Virus record (IMG/VR): IMGVR_UViG_3300028920_000043
Span: 1-64,000 of that record
Reading direction: 5' to 3' (one strand)
DNA: 64,000 bases
From: a virus
Position numbers and translations under genes: made by a program. Below, in pieces: positions 8,624-17,941 of the stretch (position 1 is its first letter; the number at the start of each line of letters is the position of its first letter). The notes beneath the pieces are model-generated. The model was not told the DNA's origin and searched no databases. It saw nothing but the letters and a program-made list of their open reading frames with translations.

Positions 8624-9628
8624 CTATTCCATTATTGCATCAAGAATCAACTTCTTATTCTTTTCCTTTCTCAATACGCTACTACATACCTCCAGTCTCG
8701 TACTTCCGATGTTCTTACCTTTATAATAAAATCCCTTCCCTTTTCCTTCGGTCTTTTCATCGAATACACGATAGTCAACTGCCGCCCTCAACATCTCCTC
8801 TTCTTTTTCGATTCCAATATTGGGCGTCACCAACCAATTGAAGCTCTTCTTTCTTCCCGATATCTTGTTCTTGAGTAGCTTGCACGTAACGAACTCGCTG
8901 TTCTCGAATCCGCGTACTCGTTTAGCATCACTACCACTCTTGCTCAACCGTGCTCTGATGGCTGACCGAAACTTTATTGACTGACCGCCCGGTGTCGTTT
9001 CAGGATTTCCGAATACCACACCGATCTTCATTCTTGTTTGATTGATAAAAATACCAACTATCTTTTTTCTGCGGATGAGCCCCAACGTCATCCGCAGGGC
9101 CTGTCCGATCTTTCTCGGCACCACGCCCATATGATGATCGCCAACCTCTCCCATCAGCTCTGCTTCCGGAACCATTGCGGCAATAGAATCTATAACAACA
9201 CATGATATTGGCAAACTGCCCAATGCATCAATCGTTAGATTCCAGCCCTGTTCCAAGCTCTCTGGTTGCGATAACAAGAAATGCTTCCTTGATATATCGC
9301 ATAAGTTGGCGGCATATCCCAGGTCAATGACATCCTCATAATCCAAATACAACGCTTTCTTTGTTGGATCCGCACGTTGACACGCACTAACGAATTCCAA
9401 TGCCAATGTAGTCTTCCCTGACTCCTCCGGTCCAAATATCTCCATGATTGTTCCGCGGGGCAATCCACCCAGGAACGCATCCCACTGCGCCAGTCCCGAT
9501 GGATAAAAATCATAGCGTTTGCGCTCAGTTATGATAGCATTCTGATACTTCTTATTCAGCAATTCCAAAACTTGTGCTTCAGTCTTTCCATCAAACTCAC
9601 TACCTTTTTTCTTTTTCTTTGCCATCAT
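8624..9628 (-). CDS. recA: RecA recombinase
   Basis: GGLPRG..EIFGPEESGKTT, VIDSIAAMVP, FINQTRMKIGVVFGNPETTPGG. Confidence 0.97.
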   Translation of the reverse strand: MMAKKKKKGSEFDGKTEAQVLELLNKKYQNAIITERKRYDFYPSGLAQWDAFLGGLPRGTIMEIFGPEESGKTTLALEFVSACQRADPTKKALYLDYEDVIDLGYAANLCDISRKHFLLSQPESLEQGWNLTIDALGSLPISCVVIDSIAAMVPEAELMGEVGDHHMGVVPRKIGQALRMTLGLIRRKKIVGIFINQTRMKIGVVFGNPETTPGGQSIKFRSAIRARLSKSGSDAKRVRGFENSEFVTCKLLKNKISGRKKSFNWLVTPNIGIEKEEEMLRAAVDYRVFDEKTEGKGKGFYYKGKNIGSTRLEVCSSVLRKEKNKKLILDAIME

Positions 9629-10141
9629 TTACCTTTGAGTTAAGATTCTAATCAAATCCGAATCCCAGCAGGCTATGCCGACCGCCAAGGCGTCATACTG
9701 CGCTTCTCGCTGTTTGGCATTGCCCTTCACATTTACATGAAAGAACTTCTTCACCGCCTTCTCGATCTGCAACTTGCTTGCATTGTTAGAGCCAGCAACG
9801 ATCTTCTTGATCTCCTGTGGCGTGCGATATGTGCAAGGCAAATCACGCGCCTCTGCTACCGTTGCTACGCATCCCTTCGCAATGCCCAGCCCTTTCGATG
9901 CCAATGCCGATTGGGATCCAGTCGGAACTTCAATGCATAGGCCTTGAATCTTATGCTTGTCGATGACACGTAACAAGCGCATACCAAGATAACGAGCTCT
10001 GTCCATATCGTCCTCAGATACACGTATCTTTTTATTCTTGGCCTTCTTCGTCTCGATCCAACCAGCGGCAATCGGTTTCTTTGCCTTGTCGAGTACGGCA
10101 TAGCCTGTGAGAGTAAAACTCGGATCAAGTAAAAGAATCAT
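9629..10141 (-). CDS. RuvC-like Holliday junction resolvase
   Basis: LDPSFTLTGYAV, IEVP, PQEIKK...NASK, YDALAV. Confidence 0.85.
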   Translation of the reverse strand: MILLLDPSFTLTGYAVLDKAKKPIAAGWIETKKAKNKKIRVSEDDMDRARYLGMRLLRVIDKHKIQGLCIEVPTGSQSALASKGLGIAKGCVATVAEARDLPCTYRTPQEIKKIVAGSNNASKLQIEKAVKKFFHVNVKGNAKQREAQYDALAVGIACWDSDLIRILTQR

Positions 10142-10143
10142 GT

Positions 10144-11457
10144 TTATCTTCTGCCGCGTTTGGTTTTCTTCTTCGCCGTCTTCTTTGCTGTTTTCTTTTT
10201 GGCTGTCTTCTTCGCGGCTTTCTTTTTCGCAACCTTCTTCTTGGCCGTTTTCTTTTTCTTTGCTGCTTTCTTCTTTCGTGTCGGAGCTGGTTCTTCTTCC
10301 TCTTCTTCGAGATCATCGTCTAAGTCATCATCCAGCTCTTCCTCTTCTTCTTCTTCCTCCTCTTCATCCTCGAGATCATCCTCTAGAGCGTCTTCGTCTT
10401 CTTCGTCTTCTTCGAGATCGTCCTCATCTTCCGACTCTTCTTCATCATCCGATTCTTCCTCTTCCTCTTCCTCATCATCCAGCTCTAGGTCGTCATCAAG
10501 CTCTTCTTCTTCTTCTTCGTCCTCATCTTCTTCTGTTTCTTCTTCGTCTTCCTCCTCCTCTTCGTCTTCGGACTCTTCCTCATCGTCGTCCTCCAGCTCT
10601 TCGTCTTCGTCTTCTTCCAACTCTTCCTCTTCGTCTTCTAGATCGGCATCTTCCTCGAGATCATCCTCTTCCTCTTCCTCTTCCTCTTCCGACTTCTTCT
10701 TTTTCTTTGAAGCTTTTTTCTTTTTCTTTTTCTTGGATGATGATTCATCGTCCATATCCATATCATCCTTCATCTCGTCATCCTCAAAGAAGTCTTCGCC
10801 TTCCTCCGGTGCGGTGTCACTGTCCTTCCGCAGACGTTCAAGCTCGCGATCCAAGAACTCTTCCATGTCGTTCTTGTGTTTGTTATATCGCTTGGTGAAT
10901 GCTTCATTCTTCGCGACCATTGAACGTTCACCGAGCAGTGGGATGAGCGTGAGCTTTTGCTTCTGCTCATCCGCACAGGTCACCACCCAATCACGCGAGA
11001 GGCAAATCTTACGCGCCTTCTCAATTGATATATTGTGTTCACTGGCGAATGTCTTGATTGCTTCATTGAGCGCCCTCATCTTGTCAGGGCCGTAGCCCCA
11101 TTTCATAATGCGACCGATTCTCTCCTTCTTTGATTTGCCCTCTTCTATTGTTTCATCATACACAGGCTTCCAAGCCTTTCGTGCATGATAATCCTGTTCC
11201 TTGAGCTGGCCAACCAAAGCCACCATTGCACCAAACTTGCGGGATACCGGAGAATCATCCCCAAGTGGGCATTCAGCGCAGAACTCATCCTCTGAGCAAC
11301 GGACGCTTCTGTTTTTGATCTTGTTGTAGTGCATATCATAGACAACAGGACGCGCCGTGAGCAATCGAATACGATCCACCAATCCTACTTTTGCTTTGTA
11401 GAATTTCGTATAGGTGCCGACTGCACTGTCATCACCATAATCCACTTTCCGTGCCAT
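10144..11457 (-). CDS. gp32-like single-stranded DNA-binding protein with a very long acidic tract and H1-like basic tail
   Basis: RIRLL..P..MHY..C..CAECP (Zn-type SSB pattern); more than 130 D/E-rich residues; KKTAKK repeats; adjacent to ruvC/recA. Confidence 0.6.
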   Translation of the reverse strand: MARKVDYGDDSAVGTYTKFYKAKVGLVDRIRLLTARPVVYDMHYNKIKNRSVRCSEDEFCAECPLGDDSPVSRKFGAMVALVGQLKEQDYHARKAWKPVYDETIEEGKSKKERIGRIMKWGYGPDKMRALNEAIKTFASEHNISIEKARKICLSRDWVVTCADEQKQKLTLIPLLGERSMVAKNEAFTKRYNKHKNDMEEFLDRELERLRKDSDTAPEEGEDFFEDDEMKDDMDMDDESSSKKKKKKKASKKKKKSEEEEEEEEDDLEEDADLEDEEEELEEDEDEELEDDDEEESEDEEEEEDEEETEEDEDEEEEEELDDDLELDDEEEEEEESDDEEESEDEDDLEEDEEDEDALEDDLEDEEEEEEEEEELDDDLDDDLEEEEEEPAPTRKKKAAKKKKTAKKKVAKKKAAKKTAKKKTAKKTAKKKTKRGRR

Positions 11458-11470
11458 ACTTCAAATCCTC

Positions 11471-11513
11471 CTGGTTCAAAAGGTTTCACGCATGAAAGCT
11501 AATCGACTAGCTC
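11471..11513. repeat. Dispersed palindrome, copy 1 (core 11483-11498)
   Basis: CTGGTTCAAAAG-GTTTCACGCATGAAAG-CTAATCGACTAG. Confidence 0.9.
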
Positions 11514-12015
11514 AATTTGAAAACTCACCGCCCGACCAGCTTATATTATGAAGATTGCAAAACAGTTTTATTTGCTGTGTTGATCCTTGCTTCCGTATCT
11601 CACAATCCTTAACAATGTTTCTTGCCATTTCTTCAAGCGCTTTTAATTTCGATAGCGCCATCTTCAGCTCATCCAGCTCTCGCACCTCCCCTCTCATCAA
11701 ATAATCAGCCATGTCTTCCTTCTCTCTCTTCGTATGCTTCAAACGTATTTCTTTATGCTCACGAAGAAGAACCTCGCGTCCTATTTTTAATATTGATTTC
11801 TTATCCTCATATTTGTGTTCCGCCAATTGTTTATGCTTAAGAACATAGTTGAGAATATTTGTTGCACGAGAATGGGCCGATATGACCTCATAAACTTTTT
11901 CTCCAAACTCCTCAACTGTTGCTTCATTGAGATCTTGAAAAAGGCGGACCTTCGATATGGTCTGTAGTTTGTTTATTACTTTCTGCTCTGCAGAAGTCCA
12001 ATGACGATCCGCCAT
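11512..12015 (-). CDS. Helical coiled-coil protein, possibly a UvsY-like recombination mediator
   Basis: All-helical, 167 aa, next to the SSB-like gene; function inferred from context only. Confidence 0.4.
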   Translation of the reverse strand: MADRHWTSAEQKVINKLQTISKVRLFQDLNEATVEEFGEKVYEVISAHSRATNILNYVLKHKQLAEHKYEDKKSILKIGREVLLREHKEIRLKHTKREKEDMADYLMRGEVRELDELKMALSKLKALEEMARNIVKDCEIRKQGSTQQIKLFCNLHNISWSGGEFSN

Positions 12016-12051
12016 TTTCTGTTTCCTCTTTGTTACTGTTTCAGATTTGGA

Positions 12052-13242
12052 TTAACCGCCAGTGACTTCCTTGCGCGCCAAACGAATCAGATCACTGACA
12101 TCCGGCTTGACCTGTTTCGCCATAGCCACGATCTCTTTCCGCACGTCAAAGCCTTTCATTGTTTTGGTTTTCTCGCTGATCTTGAGCGTCACTATAACGC
12201 TGTCACCGGATACCTTAACCGACACGTCATCCGGAAGCTCCATTGAAGGAATGCTGGCAAAGAAATTGCCTCCAGCTGATTTGACTTTTCCCTTCTTGGC
12301 TTTGTCTGCCGCTTCTTTCTGCTTTCCCTTCGGCAGTTTCATAATTGATTGGGCAACACTTACGCTGACATTCTCCTTCTTCAGAAGATCGCGTACATTG
12401 GAATCCATCTTGGCATCGTCCAATAAGGACAATGTACTGCTCACGCGAGATTCTGAACGTCCCACCATAAGAGCCAACTGACGCTGACTCTTTACATACT
12501 TCTTGGACAAAGCCCTTTTGTATGCCTCAGCACGTTCAAACTCATTGAGATCTTCCCGTGCATCATTGGAAATCAATGATGACATAAATCTCTGACCCTC
12601 CGAGTTCCGATCTTTTACTACCTGCACCAGGATTGTCTTGTGTCCCAACTTCTTCCAGGCAGTAGCACGGCGCTCGCCATCCACCATTTCTCCCTTGGTG
12701 TTAATGGTAGGCTTATTTATAATGCCGCCTTCCTCTTTGATGGCGCTCATTAGATCCTGGAACTTCTTTGTGTCGGTTCTCAGATTGGTGCTGGTTTTCA
12801 GAATATCGGAAATCTTCACTTCAACGATTGTATCCGGTTCGTACTTACCAGCACTTTTTTGCTTCGCGGATTTCTTCTTCGCTGTTTTCTTCTTCGCTGA
12901 TGATTTTGAGGGTGGAGGTGTTTCCTCTTCTTCTTCCTCCTCTTCATCACCATCAGACTCTTCATCACCATCAGATTCTTCTTCATCTTCGTCCACTGCG
13001 GCGTCAGGAAGATTCTCATCGTCCAGAAGATCGTCATTGGCATCATCCAACCCACTCAAATCGTCATCGAATTCTTCTTCTGTTTCTTCTTCGTCATCGA
13101 TATCTTCCAGATCGATATCTTCCTTCTCCTTTTTTGCTTTCTTCTTTGCTGTTTTCTTCACGACCGTCTTTTTCTTTGCAACTTTCTTCTTCGCTGTTTT
13201 CTTGACCGGCTTTTTCTTTGCAACTTTCTTCTTTGTTGCCAT
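12052..13242 (-). CDS. ParB/Spo0J-like CTPase and HTH protein with N-terminal Lys-rich and acidic extension
   Basis: VDGERR arginine patch, NDAREDL, EFERAEAY, HTH SQRQLALMVGRSESRVSSTLSLL; about 135-aa disordered N-terminus. Confidence 0.88.
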   Translation of the reverse strand: MATKKKVAKKKPVKKTAKKKVAKKKTVVKKTAKKKAKKEKEDIDLEDIDDEEETEEEFDDDLSGLDDANDDLLDDENLPDAAVDEDEEESDGDEESDGDEEEEEEEETPPPSKSSAKKKTAKKKSAKQKSAGKYEPDTIVEVKISDILKTSTNLRTDTKKFQDLMSAIKEEGGIINKPTINTKGEMVDGERRATAWKKLGHKTILVQVVKDRNSEGQRFMSSLISNDAREDLNEFERAEAYKRALSKKYVKSQRQLALMVGRSESRVSSTLSLLDDAKMDSNVRDLLKKENVSVSVAQSIMKLPKGKQKEAADKAKKGKVKSAGGNFFASIPSMELPDDVSVKVSGDSVIVTLKISEKTKTMKGFDVRKEIVAMAKQVKPDVSDLIRLARKEVTGG

Positions 13243-13300
13243 TACAGTCTCCTCCATTTATAAAAATATAATAATAAATATTGACAACCGCCCCTATCCA

Positions 13301-13771
13301 TCATGCACTGGATATATTCATCACTCTCCTTTCCCCGTGCAATGATGTACCAGAAATGTTTTCAAGCTTATACCGTTCAGTTTCCATGTTTCCATATTTG
13401 TCAATGATATCTACTGTCTCAACCCAAGCCAAACGATCCCAAGAATTGACCTGTATGTCCTCACAAAAAGCAGTGCTGGGATTTCCAGTGGTCAGCATCC
13501 CTCGTTCAAAGACATTCTGTTTTCTGTAGGTATGCCTGAGATAAGCGCGCATCATACAGAAAACTAAATATGTTTCCAGGTTTGATTTCTTAGGTTTGTG
13601 ACGCTCAAGCAATCGGCGTTCCAATACCTCAAGCCAGAGCTGTTGATACAAATCTTTATCATGTTTCTTTTTCTTTTTCGACAAGACAATCTGACACGCC
13701 CTGTCCACCGTCCGCCTCTCATCCTCTGTCATACCATTGAATCCTTTCTTATTCCCATTCCCGGCTTTCAC
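13301..13771 (-). CDS. Sigma70 region-2-like protein
   Basis: DLYQQLWLEVLE..LERHKPKKSNLETYL resembles sigma region 2; no region-4 HTH; the true start may be near 13732. Confidence 0.5.
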   Translation of the reverse strand: MKAGNGNKKGFNGMTEDERRTVDRACQIVLSKKKKKHDKDLYQQLWLEVLERRLLERHKPKKSNLETYLVFCMMRAYLRHTYRKQNVFERGMLTTGNPSTAFCEDIQVNSWDRLAWVETVDIIDKYGNMETERYKLENISGTSLHGERRVMNISSA

Positions 13772-13837
13772 GCATGAAAGCTAATCACCTAGCTCTATCT
13801 TAAAACTTTCACGCATGAAAGCTAATGAACCAGCTCT
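13764..13837. repeat. Dispersed palindrome, copies 2 and 3 (cores 13765-13780 and 13806-13821)
   Basis: Two CTTTCACGCATGAAAG cores 41 bp apart. Confidence 0.9.
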
Positions 13838-13841
13838 ATTT

Positions 13842-14141
13842 TTAATTTCTGTTTCCGATCAACCTTAAATACTCATTCAAATTATACTCGTATATTTTAG
13901 TCTCGATTTCGTTCATGTCAAATTGCCGTGCCAATTGCCTGAATATAAACTCCTGTTCAAAGCAATTTGGTTTGTACTTCTTTCTGGGTCTACGCTCCTT
14001 ACCAAACTTTATGTTGTATTCAATAAAGAAACATGTATCCTCTTGGTAATGATAAAGCTCACAAACACGAAATCCGAGTTGGATGAACTCCATTAAAATA
14101 AAACGAGTCCTCTTTGCCGCTTCGGATCTTATATTAGGCAT
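13842..14141 (-). CDS. Hypothetical protein
   Basis: 99 aa with AGGAG RBS, directly downstream of a consensus promoter. Confidence 0.6.
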   Translation of the reverse strand: MPNIRSEAAKRTRFILMEFIQLGFRVCELYHYQEDTCFFIEYNIKFGKERRPRKKYKPNCFEQEFIFRQLARQFDMNEIETKIYEYNLNEYLRLIGNRN

Positions 14142-14168
14142 TTTATCTCCTTAAGCAAATATTTTACA

Positions 14169-14196
14169 ATTATATTATACACCCGAATACTGTCAA
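14169..14196 (-). promoter_or_regulatory. sigma70/sigmaA-type promoter
   Basis: TTGACA-16 nt-TATAAT on the minus strand, intergenic. Confidence 0.75.
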
Positions 14197-14212
14197 CTTC
14201 TAAATATTTTAA

Positions 14213-14776
14213 TTATTTTTTCTGAATATCTTCTAGAGTAATCCGGTTCTTTCTTTTCTTTTTCTTTCGCTTCTTACCCAGATACTCCTGAACATCGCTT
14301 ACCGAGCACTTCAGCTTCTCAGCTATCCTGTTGACATCCGCACCGCGCTTTCTCCAGCGGATAATCTTCTTCATTCTGAATAAGCGTTGCATACGTTCCA
14401 GTCGGCCTCGAATACTTTCCAATATTATATTACCAAAAGGATTCCTTCTGAATAACAATGACTGTCTATTCAGATAACTATACATACGAATCCTTCCGGT
14501 TCTGGGATACAGATAAGCCGCATATGGATAGTAATTCAAAACATACATGAAGTTTCTCAGATTGCCTTTATACCCAGACATCAATTTTCTAGACTTATCC
14601 ACTGGCAAGTTCTTGATTGTTCTTCCTTTCTCCGTTTCTATCTCTCTGTTCTTTGTTTTCTTCTGTACTGGTTTTGGACGTTTGGCGTACCGACTCAATC
14701 TTGATCGCTTCGGTTTTATTGGATCTTCCATTTCCGATACTTTTTCTTCCTGTCTTAGCTTCTTTCCTTGCATCAT
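14213..14776 (-). CDS. Basic protein with C-terminal HTH
   Basis: GADVNRIAEKLKCSVSDVQEYL. Confidence 0.55.
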   Translation of the reverse strand: MMQGKKLRQEEKVSEMEDPIKPKRSRLSRYAKRPKPVQKKTKNREIETEKGRTIKNLPVDKSRKLMSGYKGNLRNFMYVLNYYPYAAYLYPRTGRIRMYSYLNRQSLLFRRNPFGNIILESIRGRLERMQRLFRMKKIIRWRKRGADVNRIAEKLKCSVSDVQEYLGKKRKKKKRKNRITLEDIQKK

Positions 14777-14789
14777 CTTTCTCCTCTAA

Positions 14790-15461
14790 TTAAATTCTCG
14801 GTTGTTTGTAGTGTTCCCTTACAATATCCGCACATTTTTTCAATGCTTTTCTTCTGGCATCAGCAGTATCAGCAACATTAGCAACAGCATTAGCAACAGC
14901 ACTAGCAGTAACATTAGCAGAATAAACATTAGCAGCATAAACAGCATAAACAGCAGCCTTAGCAGAATTAGTAGCATTAGCAGCATTAGCAACCTTAGAT
15001 AAATCGTTGTGCTCACCTCTGGCATAACTTTCTGCTGTCTCAATAGCAATCAGCGGTCTTTTTTCTCCTTTTGGGATATATTTCAGAGATAGTCTTGCAC
15101 AAGCACATACGCAAAGAACCAATTTTTTTCGGCTGGCAGACCCTACCTTTCCGGCCTTTTTACCCAAAAGCCATAGCATCCAATCCCCACGCTCACAAGT
15201 GTTCCAAGCCTCTTTTAATGATTTTTTAGATTCAATCCATTGGATTGCTTCTTTACAGGCATTCATCCTTCTCAACTTTTTTATTGTTTTACTCATCCTC
15301 TTTTTCCTTTTCGGCTTCCACATAAACCTTGATGTCGGATATATGCCATATTCATCTGGATTGTCCAGCATCTCTGACATGATTCTGCAAACCGCAGACC
15401 TTACTTCATCATCTCTTATTTCTGTATAGTCTATTTCTGTTGCTCCTGCTTGTTCACTCAT
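14790..15461 (-). CDS. Imm5-like domain protein with Ala/Asn repeat
   Basis: AC.EAI.W...CERGDWMLWL and CAR...RP..AIETA pattern followed by an Ala-rich repeat; internal RBS and ATG near 15296. Confidence 0.55.
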   Translation of the reverse strand: MSEQAGATEIDYTEIRDDEVRSAVCRIMSEMLDNPDEYGIYPTSRFMWKPKRKKRMSKTIKKLRRMNACKEAIQWIESKKSLKEAWNTCERGDWMLWLLGKKAGKVGSASRKKLVLCVCACARLSLKYIPKGEKRPLIAIETAESYARGEHNDLSKVANAANATNSAKAAVYAVYAANVYSANVTASAVANAVANVADTADARRKALKKCADIVREHYKQPRI

Positions 15462-15888
15462 CCTCTTTCTCCTTTGCCTTCAATAAGTATTCATCCGGTT
15501 CTGGACAGTTATGGCAAATCCAACTCTTGAACACTTCACGATCTTTTGGAATCAATGCTCGATAAAGATTCATTGCTATCTTTATATTTGCATGATGTCC
15601 CCTGATAATTATTTCCCCCGCGTCTACTTTTCGTTTGAATATGAACCGCGCCTGTTTAATTATGTCCTCCTTAATACCCTCCCCATACTTCGCTTTTATC
15701 TTTCGTTTGATATCCGCATCAGTCATATTTGGACTTCTCGGCAATAACTCAGTAGTTATATACCACATCTTATGGCGTGATTTTCCATGCCTCTTTTTAC
15801 TGTGTCTGCGCCTTTCGGGCAAAGGGACGCCGGCCTCTTCCAACTTTTCTTTCGTGAATTCTTTTAGCGAGTTATGTGTTGATTGCAT
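15454..15888 (-). CDS. Hypothetical basic protein
   Basis: 144 aa, AGGAGG RBS. Confidence 0.6.
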   Translation of the reverse strand: MQSTHNSLKEFTKEKLEEAGVPLPERRRHSKKRHGKSRHKMWYITTELLPRSPNMTDADIKRKIKAKYGEGIKEDIIKQARFIFKRKVDAGEIIIRGHHANIKIAMNLYRALIPKDREVFKSWICHNCPEPDEYLLKAKEKEDE

Positions 15889-15906
15889 GTCCGCCTCCTC
15901 CTATAT

Positions 15907-16143
15907 TCAATTCCAAACTTTCTTACACTTAACACAGCGAAACCAAATTCTACCATTCAAACGTTGAACCACTCCTTTCTCCACTACTGGCTTACCGGGA
16001 CTACCGCAATCGTAACACTTATTACTTTGCGGCCTCTTACTAAGAACTCTCTCTACATACTCTGGTGATTCTTTTGCCTTTTCCTCAAACCGCTTTGCGC
16101 GTTCCTCATGCAACTTATCTCTGTCTATTATGTTGTCTGACAT
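15907..16143 (-). CDS. Zn-ribbon protein
   Basis: CYDC...CVKC. Confidence 0.6.
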   Translation of the reverse strand: MSDNIIDRDKLHEERAKRFEEKAKESPEYVERVLSKRPQSNKCYDCGSPGKPVVEKGVVQRLNGRIWFRCVKCKKVWN

Positions 16144-16167
16144 CCTACCCGACCCCCTTTCAAAAGG

Positions 16168-16644
16168 TCAACAAATCCCCTTAGCGATTTGCTCAAGTAA
16201 CCCAACCGAATCAACAAACACCGGATGAGTTCCATTATACTTCTCAATCAATTGAATGTAGTTTGCCATATGACGTTCACGCTCATCCGGTTTCCGAGAA
16301 CACTCAGACAGCTTGTCAGATTCCGCTGCACGTATGCATATCTTTTTAATGCACTCAGGCATCTCAACACCTGACGCCATCCACACAGCACCATCTACCT
16401 GCACCTTGACATACTGGTTACCATAATCATCATACTTCACGACTTCACGCGCCATCATCTCAAACAACTTATCCTTGTTTTCGCTGATGTACTTAACCAA
16501 CTTCTTTCTTTTTGTCCCTCCTATTTTTTCCAATGGATATAAATCAACACAACCAGTACGATCTTCCCAGTCACACAAACGATCCAACGGCGTATCTCCA
16601 TCTAGTATTCCGTATCCCCACCAACCCATAATGCACCTCCTCAT
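16168..16644 (-). CDS. Hypothetical protein
   Basis: MGWWGYGILDGD start typical of a phage family; the likely start is a few codons in. Confidence 0.6.
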   Translation of the reverse strand: MRRCIMGWWGYGILDGDTPLDRLCDWEDRTGCVDLYPLEKIGGTKRKKLVKYISENKDKLFEMMAREVVKYDDYGNQYVKVQVDGAVWMASGVEMPECIKKICIRAAESDKLSECSRKPDERERHMANYIQLIEKYNGTHPVFVDSVGLLEQIAKGIC

Positions 16645-16672
16645 ATAAAACGTAAAAGGTTAATAAATCAAA

Positions 16673-17077
16673 TCAATCTTCTGCGTCTTCTGCTTCTGCG
16701 TCTTCGAGGCCACCAGCATCCCACGTCTTATACTCAGCTATACGTTCTGGATACAATGAACCATTACCATACACATCTTCAATCCAACGAATCTCATAAG
16801 CCAACCTTTTAATAGCGAAGTGCCCAATGTCGTCTTTATGCACAGCAAATAAAATGTCACTGCGACCACCAGTGCCTTCAACAGGCATTCCATTCTCCAT
16901 GTCCGGAGCGGTCTCGATAATCTCAAGAAACTGTATACGAGTATTAAGCTCATCCATGAAGAATTTCTCAAACTGTTCTACAGTAGAATCACCCAGAGTA
17001 GTTCCGGGCCATACGCATACCTGATTAAAACTATCCTTGCGTTCTACATTAGCCTTCTCTTTGGTTGCTGTTGTCAT
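16673..17077 (-). CDS. Hypothetical protein
   Basis: 134-aa ORF in the small-gene cluster. Confidence 0.65.
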   Translation of the reverse strand: MTTATKEKANVERKDSFNQVCVWPGTTLGDSTVEQFEKFFMDELNTRIQFLEIIETAPDMENGMPVEGTGGRSDILFAVHKDDIGHFAIKRLAYEIRWIEDVYGNGSLYPERIAEYKTWDAGGLEDAEAEDAED

Positions 17078-17090
17078 CCTTCACCGCCTT

Positions 17091-17360
17091 TCAATAATAG
17101 TTAATGGTTCCGCCATAACCACAACGTCTGCACTCCCAATGCTCACCTCCCGAATCCGGAGAGCACCAACTATCCGTTATGACAATATCATGGCCTCTGA
17201 TTTTACAAATAATAGCACAAACACCATCACGAATAAGATACCAAATGAACTCTAACAGGTAAAACTTTTCGCCATTGGCATGACAACACATCTCATGATC
17301 TTGCCACTCTTCCCTTAAAAAGCGTATGGCTTTCTTTATGAGACTTATTACCTTCTTCAT
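17091..17360 (-). CDS. Hypothetical protein with C-terminal Cys motif
   Basis: CKIRGH...CRRC. Confidence 0.55.
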   Translation of the reverse strand: MKKVISLIKKAIRFLREEWQDHEMCCHANGEKFYLLEFIWYLIRDGVCAIICKIRGHDIVITDSWCSPDSGGEHWECRRCGYGGTINYY

Positions 17361-17363
17361 GAC

Positions 17364-17648
17364 TTACCGCCTTTCAATTATGTTCTTGGCTCTTTCTTCT
17401 TTTGATTTTTTGAGCCACTCAATTACTTGATCCACAAGCTCACCAGTGTCGTCTGAATAAAACGACTGTCCATCCCAATCGACCTTATAAGGAGTGTGCA
17501 CTATTCTAGCATGATACGTTGCCTTATTTGCAATCGCCATCCGAAGGTCCATTGTTTCATTCTTGATCTGAGGCTGTAACTGATCCATGATTTGCTGTAG
17601 TCGTTTGCTTGACATTATAACTCCTTTCTGCTTTAAGTAAATAATCAA
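17364..17648 (-). CDS. Hypothetical protein
   Basis: ORF in the small-gene cluster; likely starts at MSSKRL. Confidence 0.55.
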   Translation of the reverse strand: MIIYLKQKGVIMSSKRLQQIMDQLQPQIKNETMDLRMAIANKATYHARIVHTPYKVDWDGQSFYSDDTGELVDQVIEWLKKSKEERAKNIIERR

Positions 17649-17941
17649 GAACGGTCTAGTGAGGTAGAATAGCTCTGTTCAATTTTCCATATTCCAATGT
17701 GTTGTTTTTCTGTTAAAGGGGCTTTTCCATAACAATTGGTCAACAAATCCAACTCCCACGCTGTCAAGTTTTCCTGATGGTGCTTTAGTATTTCACGTAT
17801 CCTTCTATCCGTATCGGATTCATGGGATGCTACATCAAACGAAGGATTATCCGGATCTTTTGTAATCTGAACAGGACCGCCAATACCTTGACCATATGGA
17901 CCAATCCCTTTTTTATTCATTTGCTTTCTCCTTATATGCAA
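17645..17941 (-). CDS. Hypothetical protein
   Basis: LTAWE...LTEKQ motif common in phage ORFs. Confidence 0.55.
   Translation of the reverse strand: MHIRRKQMNKKGIGPYGQGIGGPVQITKDPDNPSFDVASHESDTDRRIREILKHHQENLTAWELDLLTNCYGKAPLTEKQHIGIWKIEQSYSTSLDRS

Noticed and set aside
10107-11095. Long plus-strand ORFs (poly-Ser/Phe, Leu/Pro-rich), also at 12638-13345
   Set aside because: Antisense shadows of GAA/GAT/AAG-rich low-complexity coding on the minus strand
14860-15000. Diversity-generating retroelement variable region
   Set aside because: No reverse transcriptase or template repeat seen in the window, and the variation is not adenine-specific
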